Shown here: in pieces, positions 20,929 to 30,646 of the stretch
How the letters are laid out: each line of letters opens with the position of its first letter
Position numbering within the stretch: the stretch's first letter is position 1
From: Tetramitus jugosus
Taxonomy: Eukaryota > Protista > Heterolobosea
NCBI GenBank assembly: GCA_937625935.1
Contig: OW569382.1
Location: 124,001 to 188,000 of the forward strand
DNA: 64,000 bases
Direction: 5' to 3'
Notes under the pieces: generated by a model
Databases searched by the model: none
Told to the model about the DNA's origin: nothing
What the model saw: only the letters and a program-made list of their open reading frames with translations
Program-made: the position numbers and the translations under genes

Positions 20929-23356
20929 TCATGATAAATTATTATTGGATGGAGGGATTGACATTTCATTGAGCAATGCAAGAAGGTCGCCAGGAAGGCC
21001 CAATGAAGTTGAAGAACCAGCGTGAACTTGCGAGTTCTCGTTGATTTGGTTGTTTTGGGCAATTAGGATCTCTAATTGTGATGGAGGGTCAGCGTGGAAA
21101 TTTGAGACATAGTTCATTGGTTGCTGAAGTGAATTGTTCTGAATCTGCGGCATCAATGAAACATCGTTATCATCATAATCGACAGTCAATTTAGACTCAT
21201 CTGACAAGAAAGGAATTGTTTCGTCATCCAATTCACAATTATTGCCATCACACAACACAAAGTCCCTCGTGATCGAAAACTTGCTCGCGACAGCTTCTTT
21301 CAATGAGCTCAACGTTTGTTCATTCATTAACCGCACGTACATGGGTCGCTTCCGATCTGGCACAGATACAATAAATGTTTTTGCTGGTTTGCATGGTTTC
21401 ATCTCTACCAATGGTTCAGCAGCTAGATACTGCACTGATTCCACTTGATACATGGATTTTGGTTGTGCTTGTTGCTGTCGTAGTTGTTGTTGCGGTAACT
21501 TATCTTGTTGATCAACCCTCGCTTCGGGTGTTCGTTTTACTGCTCGCTTTCTGCGCGTAACCTTGCGCTTCTTGGGTGTTTTCTCCTTTTCTTCCTCCTC
21601 ATCTTCGAGAGAAAACGTAGCGTTGATATCAGATTCCTTGTACTTGGTCACAACTTGTGGTGGCGGTGCGTATTGAAGTTGTCTCATTTGATTTAACTTT
21701 GCCTGCATCTCTAATTCCTGCTCCATATCTTGTTCAAAGTCCATGTCTGATAAATCATCACTCGACTCTTTCGACTCTTTTAATTTCTTATCACTCTCCA
21801 TCTTTTCCAATATCAATGCTTGCAACGATGGAAAATAGTCGCCAAAAAATTGAACAACACGATTCTTTCCAAGCATCAACAATTCAATGTTGTCCCACAC
21901 TTCGATTGTCACATACTTATGACCACAACTCTTCGTAAAATTCACCAACTCCTTCTTTTGTTGGTCAAAATACATTCTTCCAGAATAAACAACGGAGAGA
22001 CCTCCATCTGTTTCGATCGTCTGATGAAGTTCATTGTTCATGAAATCGCCCCCAAACAAGATCAACGTACAAGAAGTTTTCGCATTCATAGTCACATAGT
22101 AACACTCATCCAACACTCGTTGCACATTGTTCCATCCATAATTTACAGTATCCAAGCTACGCAATTCAAAAAATAACAAATGATTCTTCTCGCATGGCCG
22201 AAACACTAAATCAGGGGAATAGCTATCAGGCTTAAATCGACCCATCGTATACACTGGTATCTTATCAGCCATCAAATACCAATACTCTCTCCATATATCA
22301 CACTCTTCCCAATTAGTACTCAACTGCGTCGTTGTTTGACCACTAGTATGACCATCTTTTTGTTGTTGTCCCATATTATGCTCTAAAATTTTTGGCAACA
22401 ATTTCAAATTAAACCGCCGTAGCAATTCAGAATCGATATCATCATCATCGTCACTCTCTTCTCGTTCTTCGGCAGCACCGTCATTATCCATCGCAACAGC
22501 ATTTGTACTACTCGTAGCTGCTGCTGCCGTTGTTGACAAAGATGAAGATTTCCGGCGCCCCGTTCGCAATCCATTATTCCTCAACAATTCGCTCTGTCGA
22601 CTCCACAAACACACGTCCAATCGTCTCATGTACTCTGCTTCTGCCAACAATCCATCAAACACCTTTGTCCAACTCACTCCAAAACTCTCATTCAATAGCT
22701 TTAGTATCAAACATTGACAAAAACTCACAATTTTCTGATGAGCGAGATGACTAGGCTTGCAATACATGTTCAACAGTGCAACCAAGCCATTGGGCAAATG
22801 AAATGAATCATCAATGACTTCTTCTTCTTCATTTTCTTCATCTTCATCTTCATCTTCACCATCATCGAAATTTTCATTTTCATCATTATCATCATCATTG
22901 TCATATCCTGTCTGTGCTTCTTGATCATCATCACCCCGATCATCATCATCAGCATTAATATCATCATTTTCATCATTATTGGCTCCATTACCGTTAGCTA
23001 CTAACGATCCATGATCATCACCATCTTGACTCGATATTCGAATCACAATCGATGGACCACCCAAAACTTCTTCTTCTTCTTCTGCTGCTACTTGTTGTGA
23101 TTGCACATTTTTTGCTACTATTCTTTGTCGCTTCTAGAAACGAGAATAAAAATTTTACACGCGTGTATGCATACAAGTGAGTCACACATTATTTAGCTTT
23201 CACCTTGGGTGAACATGAGTGACAAAAAGAGTGATTGATTGATTGACTTACCTGTGAGGGAGACCTGCTATTGGCATTGCTACGCTTTTTTGTTGGAGTG
23301 GATTTTTGTTGTTGTTCGGCAGCGAGACGTCTTTTCGTCCTACGAAGCTGCGCCAT
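20929..23356 (-). CDS. acidic nuclear hypothetical protein with C-terminal ubiquitin/PB1-like domain; two exons (intron 23134-23251)
   Basis: ATG 23356 MAQLRRTKRR, CAG|GTAAGT donor and TAG acceptor give an in-frame join; TLSSLKEAVASKF...ELDDETI beta-grasp-like segment. Confidence 0.7.
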
Positions 23357-23619
23357 CTTCTTTTGCGTTTCTTGGAGGTATGTTGTGTTTGTTGATTAAC
23401 AGTTGGATGTGGTAGATTGGAGGCCTTCTCTTGTTATAGTTATTGTGTGGAAGACTATCTGCGCTGATCAGAAGGGCGGAGTTGAATTTTTTTCCGATCT
23501 CAAATCGTGTGAGTCGCTTTCGTGATGCCACCTTAACAAAGAGAAATACATGTATGTATGTATGATTCCTTTTAGTTTGTTTTATTTACAAGTCAGATAG
23601 ATGTTACCAGATTGATCAA

Positions 23620-23847
23620 TTAATGAGAAGCGGTTCTCTTCTCAAGAGTGTTCTTCGAGCTGGTTCTTCCCTTCTTCTTGCTCATCACACCAGATAGAGC
23701 TGCTCTTGACAAAACAGTTTCATTGTAGTTAATATTTCTTCGTGTTCTTGTCCCCTTTGCGATAATATTCTTTGGTGAGAGGGTGCTTGTTTCCTTGAGG
23801 GAGCACTTCTTGATCATGTTTCTTCTTGTTGTGTTTGAGCTGGACAT
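23620..23847 (-). CDS. 75-aa basic protein with CHZ-like motif
   Basis: LSPKNIIAKGTRTRRNINY resembles the CHZ histone-chaperone motif. Confidence 0.55.
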   Translation of the reverse strand: MSSSNTTRRNMIKKCSLKETSTLSPKNIIAKGTRTRRNINYNETVLSRAALSGVMSKKKGRTSSKNTLEKRTASH

Positions 23848-23994
23848 TGTGGTAAAGTATATTAGATTCTTGTTATTGGTTCCTGTTAGGTGTTCTCTGT
23901 TCTGGTTGTTTGCCTCTAACAGAAGTGCCTCGAAACACACCATAAAATAGCGCAAGGTTTTCCAGATAATTTTTTCATTTCCATTCTTTTTTCG

Positions 23995-24822
23995 CTATGC
24001 ATGAACTTCTGTGCAGGAACTTGCGTCGAGCATGGATGGATACTTCGTTCGAATGGACACTGTATGAGGACCAATGACTGATATAGCAGGATAGTACAAG
24101 ATTCCTTGTGTGGGAATATCTGCTATGGTGTGGAAGTACTCATCGTTTTTGAAGAGATACATGGAAGCAGTCTTTGAACTACCCAAATTCTTCAAATCGA
24201 GCTTGATGGCGATTCTGTCACCTGTCTGGTAATCCTCGCACAGCGAGATATCCACAGCTTCTCGTTTGTGACCCACGTAAATTGAATTTTCGCCAATACT
24301 GTAACCAATGCCACTACTGTACAACCCAATGATCCTGTCGTTTCGCACTTCAGTAAATGCAAAAGTACTTGGCTCAATTCCCACAAAAATTCGATGAGTG
24401 TTGTACCGGCCAGTATCTAGAACATCTAGAGTGTACTCCCAACAATGAACCAATCCCATGCCAAGTTTTCTATTTGTTCGGAGGGTGTCCCATTTTATCC
24501 AGCGTCTCTCACATGATATCGTCCTATTCTCATTGTGCAGCTGAATGGTCGAGTCAGGTGGCCTTGTCTTGGGATCCCATTTGATCATGCTTGAGCGAAC
24601 CAATTCTCTCCAGACCCTCACATTGTTCCATGGTACAAGAACAGTTTCTTCACTGCAGAACCCGAGACGATGAGCCATCAACTTCCATAAGCATAAATCG
24701 GCTTCAGCGCTCGACACCAAGTACGAACCGTGTTGGCTGGTCAACGAAACCCGATACAAGTCATTCAAGCACAGGAATGTTAAAATGTGCCACTGCAAAT
24801 CAAATGCCAGCAACTCGAACAT
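23995..24822 (-). CDS. F-box plus SPRY/B30.2-domain protein
   Basis: LLAFDLQWHILTFL..NDLYRVSLTS F-box; IFVGI, YQTGDRIAIKLD, LFKND and YYPAIS SPRY motifs. Confidence 0.8.
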   Translation of the reverse strand: MFELLAFDLQWHILTFLCLNDLYRVSLTSQHGSYLVSSAEADLCLWKLMAHRLGFCSEETVLVPWNNVRVWRELVRSSMIKWDPKTRPPDSTIQLHNENRTISCERRWIKWDTLRTNRKLGMGLVHCWEYTLDVLDTGRYNTHRIFVGIEPSTFAFTEVRNDRIIGLYSSGIGYSIGENSIYVGHKREAVDISLCEDYQTGDRIAIKLDLKNLGSSKTASMYLFKNDEYFHTIADIPTQGILYYPAISVIGPHTVSIRTKYPSMLDASSCTEVHA

Positions 24823-24895
24823 ATTACGAGTTGGCCAGTGGTTAGTCGTTTTGTTTGGTTCGGAAAGTCTCAAATGCTCACTTGTCAAAAGATAA

Positions 24896-25016
24896 AAGCC
24901 TACATTACTGAGGGTTCTCGAGTAGTCTCCTATCTCAATACTAACTCAGCCAGATGGTGCTTAACTTCTCTATTCGAAATGGGAAGAGGTGGTTCCACCA
25001 TTGTATGAACGTAGAC
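24896..25016 (-). rRNA. 5S rRNA, copy 2 (identical to copy 1)
   Basis: 119-nt core identical to 3815-3933, followed by a TTTT terminator. Confidence 0.95.
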
Positions 25017-25051
25017 ACCAGATACAATTTGTAACTGTTTTTGGTGCTGAA

Positions 25052-25565
25052 CCTGATACACTTTGGATCCTCCACTGGGTTGTCAGATGTCAGTACGCAA
25101 TTGATGCCCGAAGAAGACTTGTCCTGGAAGTCTACAACAAGTTGCTCAAACTTCCATTACCTGATCGAGAGTCCGCCATCTCCCTATGGTTTGACAAAGT
25201 GCGTTCAGAAACCGATTCATGTGACCCATGCCGAGGAAGTCGAGCAGAGAGTACCTCATGGGAATGATGGGATTAGAGAACGACGCTGTCGACCAGGTGG
25301 CGGATGAGCTGATGAAAAATGGGATGAACCAAGAAGTAGCGCAGCGAAAGGCCAGTAGTTTTGTGTGCTTGGTGAAGAGTCGCTCCATCACAACGCTGCA
25401 CAGACTCTACCAGCAATCAAAGGACTGCAAACAGTAGTAACGCTCTGCGAACATTACTAACAAGAAAGATGAGACGCTAGCGGAGTGTAACAAGGACAAT
25501 TTGGGAAACTAAAAGAAAGTAGGACAGAGTAGTAAAGAGCAACCGCGTGTTGTATTAAAAAAAAA
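25052..25565 (+). mobile_element. 5'-truncated non-LTR retrotransposon fragment A with A-tail, inserted 27-35 bp upstream of 5S
   Basis: 514-bp interruption of the conserved 5S flank; encodes EPDTL..LHWVVRC knuckle half and a frameshifted ORF end (stop 25437), then a 3' UTR and A9 (25557-25565); flanked by GGTGCTGAA / GGCGCCGAA. Confidence 0.7.
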
Positions 25566-25588
25566 GGCGCCGAAGGCGGACGAAGTGG

Positions 25589-26023
25589 GCAGAAGATTGT
25601 TCTTCAGAACTGGGACTCCTCCACACGGAAGAAGTAGTCCGAGGCCTGTACAACACCAGTGCTGCGCCCACAATGTGTATCTGGTGCAATAAAGAACCTG
25701 AAAGAGTTTTACACTGCCTTGCGCTTCCCAAGGTGTGTATGCTGGAAAGTGTCTAGCATTGACAGTCAGCAAGGCGATGATCATCATGGGTGTGTCCTCC
25801 GACAGTTGGATCAACCAGATCTGGTCCGATGAAGGACTAAAGAATGGCAAAACGGAAAAGCGCCCATTGTGGTGGACAAGTAGCGACTCCCTGAAGAGTA
25901 TGATGGGCATGGCCAATGGGGTCAAAGCGGCCGAAAGCAAGAACTGTCCAAGGGGAAACGGACATATCTCACGACTCTCCTTTGAAGGACCACGAAAGCA
26001 TCACTGTTTGTGCTATTTGTTTA
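25589..26023 (+). mobile_element. degenerate non-LTR retrotransposon fragment B (divergent relative of A), joined at position -49 of the 5S flank
   Basis: LHTEEVVRGLYNTSAAPTMCIWCNKEPERVLHCL CCHC-type knuckle; later frameshifted segments align with fragment A (LKSMMGMAN vs LMGMMGLEN; GRKQELSKGK vs GMNQEVAQRK). Confidence 0.62.
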
Positions 26024-26226
26024 ATTGTTTTTGCTCACTTTATTATACAGATAGAACGAAATATGGGGAAAGCGAGAAGCTATCATGCTCGGGAGAAGGG
26101 AAAACAAAAAATTCCGGGAGCAGCATTGACGTTCTTTGTAAACGTGAACAAAACTAAATATAAAAATCCTTGACAAGCAAAACAACATCACACTCCAACG
26201 AGCAAACAAACATCTACTAACACACA

Positions 26227-26721
26227 ATGGATATTTTCGAGAAAGTAGTTCGTCACGGAATTTTCTCTTGTGCGTTCAGTGCTCTTGGAGCAGGTATAAT
26301 GGCCTGGAAACGAAAAACTGCTCCAAAGGAATCTATCTCTCGTGATCTATCATCAACGCTTCGCTGGTTTGCTGTTGATTGCAATAGCCTCAAGATTAAA
26401 GATTGTGTAGAGGGTATCATTGCAGTAAGAAATGACTTTGCGCATAAGTGGGACCTTGATGTTAATGAACTCAAGCTCTCCAACATATTGAATGATATTC
26501 TTTGGTTGTTGGAGGAATGCCACAAACGTCATCCAGTACAATCTCAAATAGATGATTTGAACACATTAATTAAACACTTTGAAGAGCACAGAGAGGAGTT
26601 GAGCAAGAAGAGAATGAAGATACTTGATAACTTTGGACCGATAGAGGACGAGTGTGATTTAGAGATCTTTAATGATATGGTTCTTTACTCCGTGTACGGT
26701 ACTGATGATCCATTTGAGTGA
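26227..26721 (+). CDS. standalone Swt1-like HEPN-domain protein (putative RNase)
   Basis: DLSSTLRW...IIAVRNDFAH Rx4H motif in a helical protein; ATG after A/C-rich leader, AATAAA downstream. Confidence 0.7.
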   Translation: MDIFEKVVRHGIFSCAFSALGAGIMAWKRKTAPKESISRDLSSTLRWFAVDCNSLKIKDCVEGIIAVRNDFAHKWDLDVNELKLSNILNDILWLLEECHKRHPVQSQIDDLNTLIKHFEEHREELSKKRMKILDNFGPIEDECDLEIFNDMVLYSVYGTDDPFE

Positions 26722-26890
26722 ATACACTGCAATAAAGCTTCTCTAAATGCTCCAACAATTGAACATGACGACAAAATTTGTTGATGGTTGCCACTTCACA
26801 ACGTTGTGACAAGGTTAGCAAGAGATGGATTGTTTAGGATTTAAATGATAGTACAAACATAATAAAGTGAAACATAACTGGTTTGGTGCT

Positions 26891-27295
26891 TCAGTTAACC
26901 CACTCACAGTAAAATCGAAAGTCCATTTGTCTATAAATCCGACCCGATATGACTGTGGTAATGCAAGAAGTGGTGTCGTCATCGTCACCGATATCATTCA
27001 ACCCAAGTTCTGCTCTAAACTCTTGCAAAATATCATAACCTTTGGAACAGGGACGATATCTTGGATCCTCAATGTAAATTCCTCGATAACGACCATATCC
27101 AATACAAAATTCTCGACTCCTCCCTTCAAAAGTTGTCTGACTAACATAGGTTAGCACAATGTCTGTTCCAATAGGAATTCTGGCCTCTCTACTGGACAAG
27201 TGTGGGGCATGCTCACTCCACTTTTCTTTTAACCTTTCGAAAGTGACAAGGCTGTAAAACTTGTCATACACTGTTTGTCTGACTGTCAATGACAC
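26891..27295 (-). pseudogene. ATG-less coding-like fragment of unknown family
   Basis: 134-codon protein-like frame with no ATG start, inside the accessory island. Confidence 0.35.
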
Positions 27296-27626
27296 ACTCT
27301 TAGTAGTGGAGCCTTTCGAGAATTATTTGTACAAAACCCACTTTTTCCAAATCTCCCTCCTTTGCTCCAATTGAGGTTGAACGCTGATCTTCTCGAGTGG
27401 TCTTTTGATGATAGTGAATTTAAGCATGGTTGGGCTGCCCTGTGGAACAAAGTAATTACTCACCGTTCTGGAACTGTCAGGTTGCTTTCATTTCATCTTG
27501 TATGTTCTTGTTGATGTGTCGAGAGCACCAACTGCTATCGAGAGAATGACACCATTTTAAGTTGATCGGTGGTACCGACATTACTGTTCTCAAGAGAAAA
27601 GAGTGAGAGACATCTATTTGAAAATT

Positions 27627-28301
27627 TTACTGAGGAGAGTTCTGCCTTTCTGACACAGAATTAAACAGAGTATAAGTCATGTCTTTTGTTTGGTTCAATT
27701 GATTTCGAGACTGATTATTCTTCTCAAACAACTCTTCAACCTCAATTATCATCGAACGACACTTGACACTTCTCTCATACATGTTCTCACCAAGTTTGTT
27801 CATAAAGTTTTGAACGACTTGATTCATTCCCTGAATGAAATCATCTTGAACAGTGGACAGTCTTGATCTTATCTCATTTAGTCTCTCTCTTGCTTTCATA
27901 GCCACATGATTCTTTAGCTCTTCTTCTCCTTCTTCCTCTTCTCCAGGTTCAACAGCAGACTGAGACACCTCTAATGATTCTTGGGGATGGTCAGTATTCT
28001 CATGAGAAACCTTCTCATCAGTAGAGCTTTCATGGAGAGTCTCAATAAAGGAGTCATGATTCACCATTACCTTCTCTTCTTGTTCTTCTTGTTCTCTTCT
28101 TGGTCCATTGTGATTGTGAGTATTGGAGCCATGTTCACTCAACAGGCTCATCCTCATTCTTTTTTTTTCTCTTTCGTGCTGTTCATGCTCATTTGGGTCA
28201 TGGTCACCATAGCTCTCTTGGTCTTGTTCTTGTATGTGGTGAGATTCTTCCAATGGATGGGAGAGGTTGTTAATTGAAGAAAAATTGGTTCCTTCTGGCA
28301 T
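27627..28301 (-). CDS. acidic disordered N-terminus plus C-terminal coiled coil (weakly SYCE2-like)
   Basis: Intact 224-aa ORF; heptad-patterned last 90 aa. Confidence 0.65.
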   Translation of the reverse strand: MPEGTNFSSINNLSHPLEESHHIQEQDQESYGDHDPNEHEQHEREKKRMRMSLLSEHGSNTHNHNGPRREQEEQEEKVMVNHDSFIETLHESSTDEKVSHENTDHPQESLEVSQSAVEPGEEEEGEEELKNHVAMKARERLNEIRSRLSTVQDDFIQGMNQVVQNFMNKLGENMYERSVKCRSMIIEVEELFEKNNQSRNQLNQTKDMTYTLFNSVSERQNSPQ

Positions 28302-28463
28302 AGGTAGCTCTATAGAGTTGTTGTTGTATGGTTTTTGACTAGTGTCGAAAGAATTGTATGAAAACGGTTTTTGTATTGTTTTGGAGGGAGCTGGTGAGCT
28401 TTCAGATTAGATTGGTGAGCTTTCGGTTGGTCGAGATTTTTGTAGAAGTAGCAGAACCGACCT

Positions 28464-29350
28464 TCAGTTCTGTTCCGCTGTAGGGTTGCTGCTTTGCCTC
28501 ACAATTTTCCAATTTCTTCCTCTCTGTTTTGGAGATGATATGTTGGTTAGAGTGGCAATAAATCCATGAACTTAGAGAGAAACGTACTAATACATACCTT
28601 GTTGATGAACCAATTGTTCAGTTGCGTCAGTGTGAGTCCTGTTTCTTTCATGAGGTCTTCCTTCTCAATCCCATTTGGATATGGATGATCACAATGGTCC
28701 AAAAACCACTTGCTTAATACCTTCGTAACACTTTCAGGCAGCTTTCTAGGTTTTCCTTTCTTCTTCTCTTCAACAACAGGTATACCCTGTTGTATCAGAT
28801 TCACCAAGACGTTGTTACAGTTATGTTTGATATGCTGCTTCAGACGTAATAAATGTTGCATCAACATTGTCATGTGCCATGTCTCAATACACATTCTGGA
28901 ATACTTCTCCTCAATCATGAATATCTTTTGGAGTGTAGTCCTATATACTCCTAGTATTTTAGCTCTTGTCTGCTGAATGCCCAGTTGATTGTACTGTTGA
29001 GAGAATTCTGCATCTGTCATATCAATGATGTATCTTTCTACTGGAACACTTCTCAAGCCCAAGGAGAGATCTTGTATCGAAGCATTGGAAGAGGACGGAC
29101 TATATGATGGAAATATTGTCAGTGGAGGAGTAGCTAGTTCCTCCCGAATGTTTGGCTCAGCACTTACTCCGCTGATATATGGTCCAGATCCGGTTGGACT
29201 TTCAAATTCTTGAGTGTCAGGATTAGTGGCAGATAATAGATCTTGAAACTCCTTGTCAAACTCTTCAAAGTCTGAAGACATGTCTTGAGAGAACAATTCT
29301 TCAATGTTGAGAATGTTGTAGCAATTTGGACTTGGCGAAGGAGGATTCAT
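28464..29350 (-). CDS. TALE-class homeodomain transcription factor; intron 28524-28597
   Basis: VLSKWFLDHCDHPYP...TGLTLTQLNNWFINK|RGRNWK after splicing GTATGT..CAG. Confidence 0.88.
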
Positions 29351-29524
29351 AGTGAACGTTTGAGATCTACTGTTTCAGTTTGTGAGTTTACAGAAACAAG
29401 TGAGACCTGCAAGAATTTATGGAGCAGATGATCATCGTTTACAAGCTCGAAAATAATCGTGGTGATGTCCTGTGATGAAATTGTGTGAGGATGAAGTGAA
29501 TAAAATTCGAATTCTCGGAGAACA

Positions 29525-30499
29525 CTAATCCTTTTGCCACACAGTGATGTCGCCCAAAAGCCCCGCACCTACCAGTATATTATTCCTCGAAGCAACACAA
29601 TTGTAACCAGACTTCTTGTTTAGCGAAACTGACCGATTCGTGGCGGATTCGTTGGGTGATGCAATGAGACCATAGGTTCCTGTCAAGATATCCCAACACC
29701 AAACACCCTTCTTATGTCCATCTCCTGAGAAGAAGTAATTACCACAATCACTACAGCTTACATCAATCTTTAACCCATCCGTGTGAAACTCGTTGTTTCT
29801 ATATTGGTTTAATTGACGGCCTGTTTTAATATCCAACAACCTAAACGTGTCATGTTTTTCCATCACAGGAGAGCAGATAATACCAGACTCATCGCTAGTG
29901 ATCGCCGTAGAGCCAATGCTCTCTAAGTCTGGTAAACTATCAACACAGAGTTTACCTGCTCGAATATCGTACCTCCGAATCCGACCATCCAAGCTCGAAC
30001 ATATGATTGAATTACCCACAAAATGAACACTGGTTACACTGTCTGTTGCATCCTTCAATGTCATGATTGGTGTCCAATTCCTGGACACTGTATCAAACAA
30101 GTGTACTTTTGAATCTCTGGTACCACATGCAATAACCTTCTCATTCTGATCCAAGCCAAAACAGAGCATCTTCTGTAAGTGAGTAGCGCTTGGAGCTTGA
30201 AATTCCATGACTTTGCTAGCACTCTGTACATTCAGTACTGTCATTCGATTGCCCTGTGACACATAGATCAAATCATTTCCCATGCTTGATCTGACTTGAG
30301 AAGGAGTTGTAAACAAATCATACTTGGCAACTCCGACACCAGTGGCAGCATTGTGGATCGTTACACTTTTTTGAGCACTTGCTGTCAGTAGGTAGGGAGG
30401 ACCTTGAACCGTCAAGTACAGCGAACAGATTTGTGACTTGTGATCTCCTTGAATGTAATGAGATACGCGATAAGAAGAAACCACTTGTGCATGCATCAT
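29525..30499 (-). CDS. WDR83: WD40 protein WDR83/MORG1
   Basis: DATDSVTSV...SSLDGRIRRYDIRAGKLCVD and RLLDIKTGRQLNQY. Confidence 0.75.
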   Translation of the reverse strand: MMHAQVVSSYRVSHYIQGDHKSQICSLYLTVQGPPYLLTASAQKSVTIHNAATGVGVAKYDLFTTPSQVRSSMGNDLIYVSQGNRMTVLNVQSASKVMEFQAPSATHLQKMLCFGLDQNEKVIACGTRDSKVHLFDTVSRNWTPIMTLKDATDSVTSVHFVGNSIICSSLDGRIRRYDIRAGKLCVDSLPDLESIGSTAITSDESGIICSPVMEKHDTFRLLDIKTGRQLNQYRNNEFHTDGLKIDVSCSDCGNYFFSGDGHKKGVWCWDILTGTYGLIASPNESATNRSVSLNKKSGYNCVASRNNILVGAGLLGDITVWQKD

Positions 30500-30646
30500 C
30501 CTTTGTTTTCTTGCATGCACAAGATCTCTAATTGGCCGACGAGTTGGTTTTTTCCGATGCGCGGTCGCAAGAACTTGACAAGGATCGAACAAAGCAACAA
30601 CACTGCACAAAAAAACAAATCTAATTGTTTGTTCAGATCTCAAGTG

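Noticed and set aside
23246-23254. ACTTACCTG resembling the U1 snRNA 5' end
   Set aside because: It is the reverse complement of the 5' splice site of the minus-strand gene
28392-28424. 12-bp direct repeat TGGTGAGCTTTC
   Set aside because: Only two copies; not an array or CRISPR
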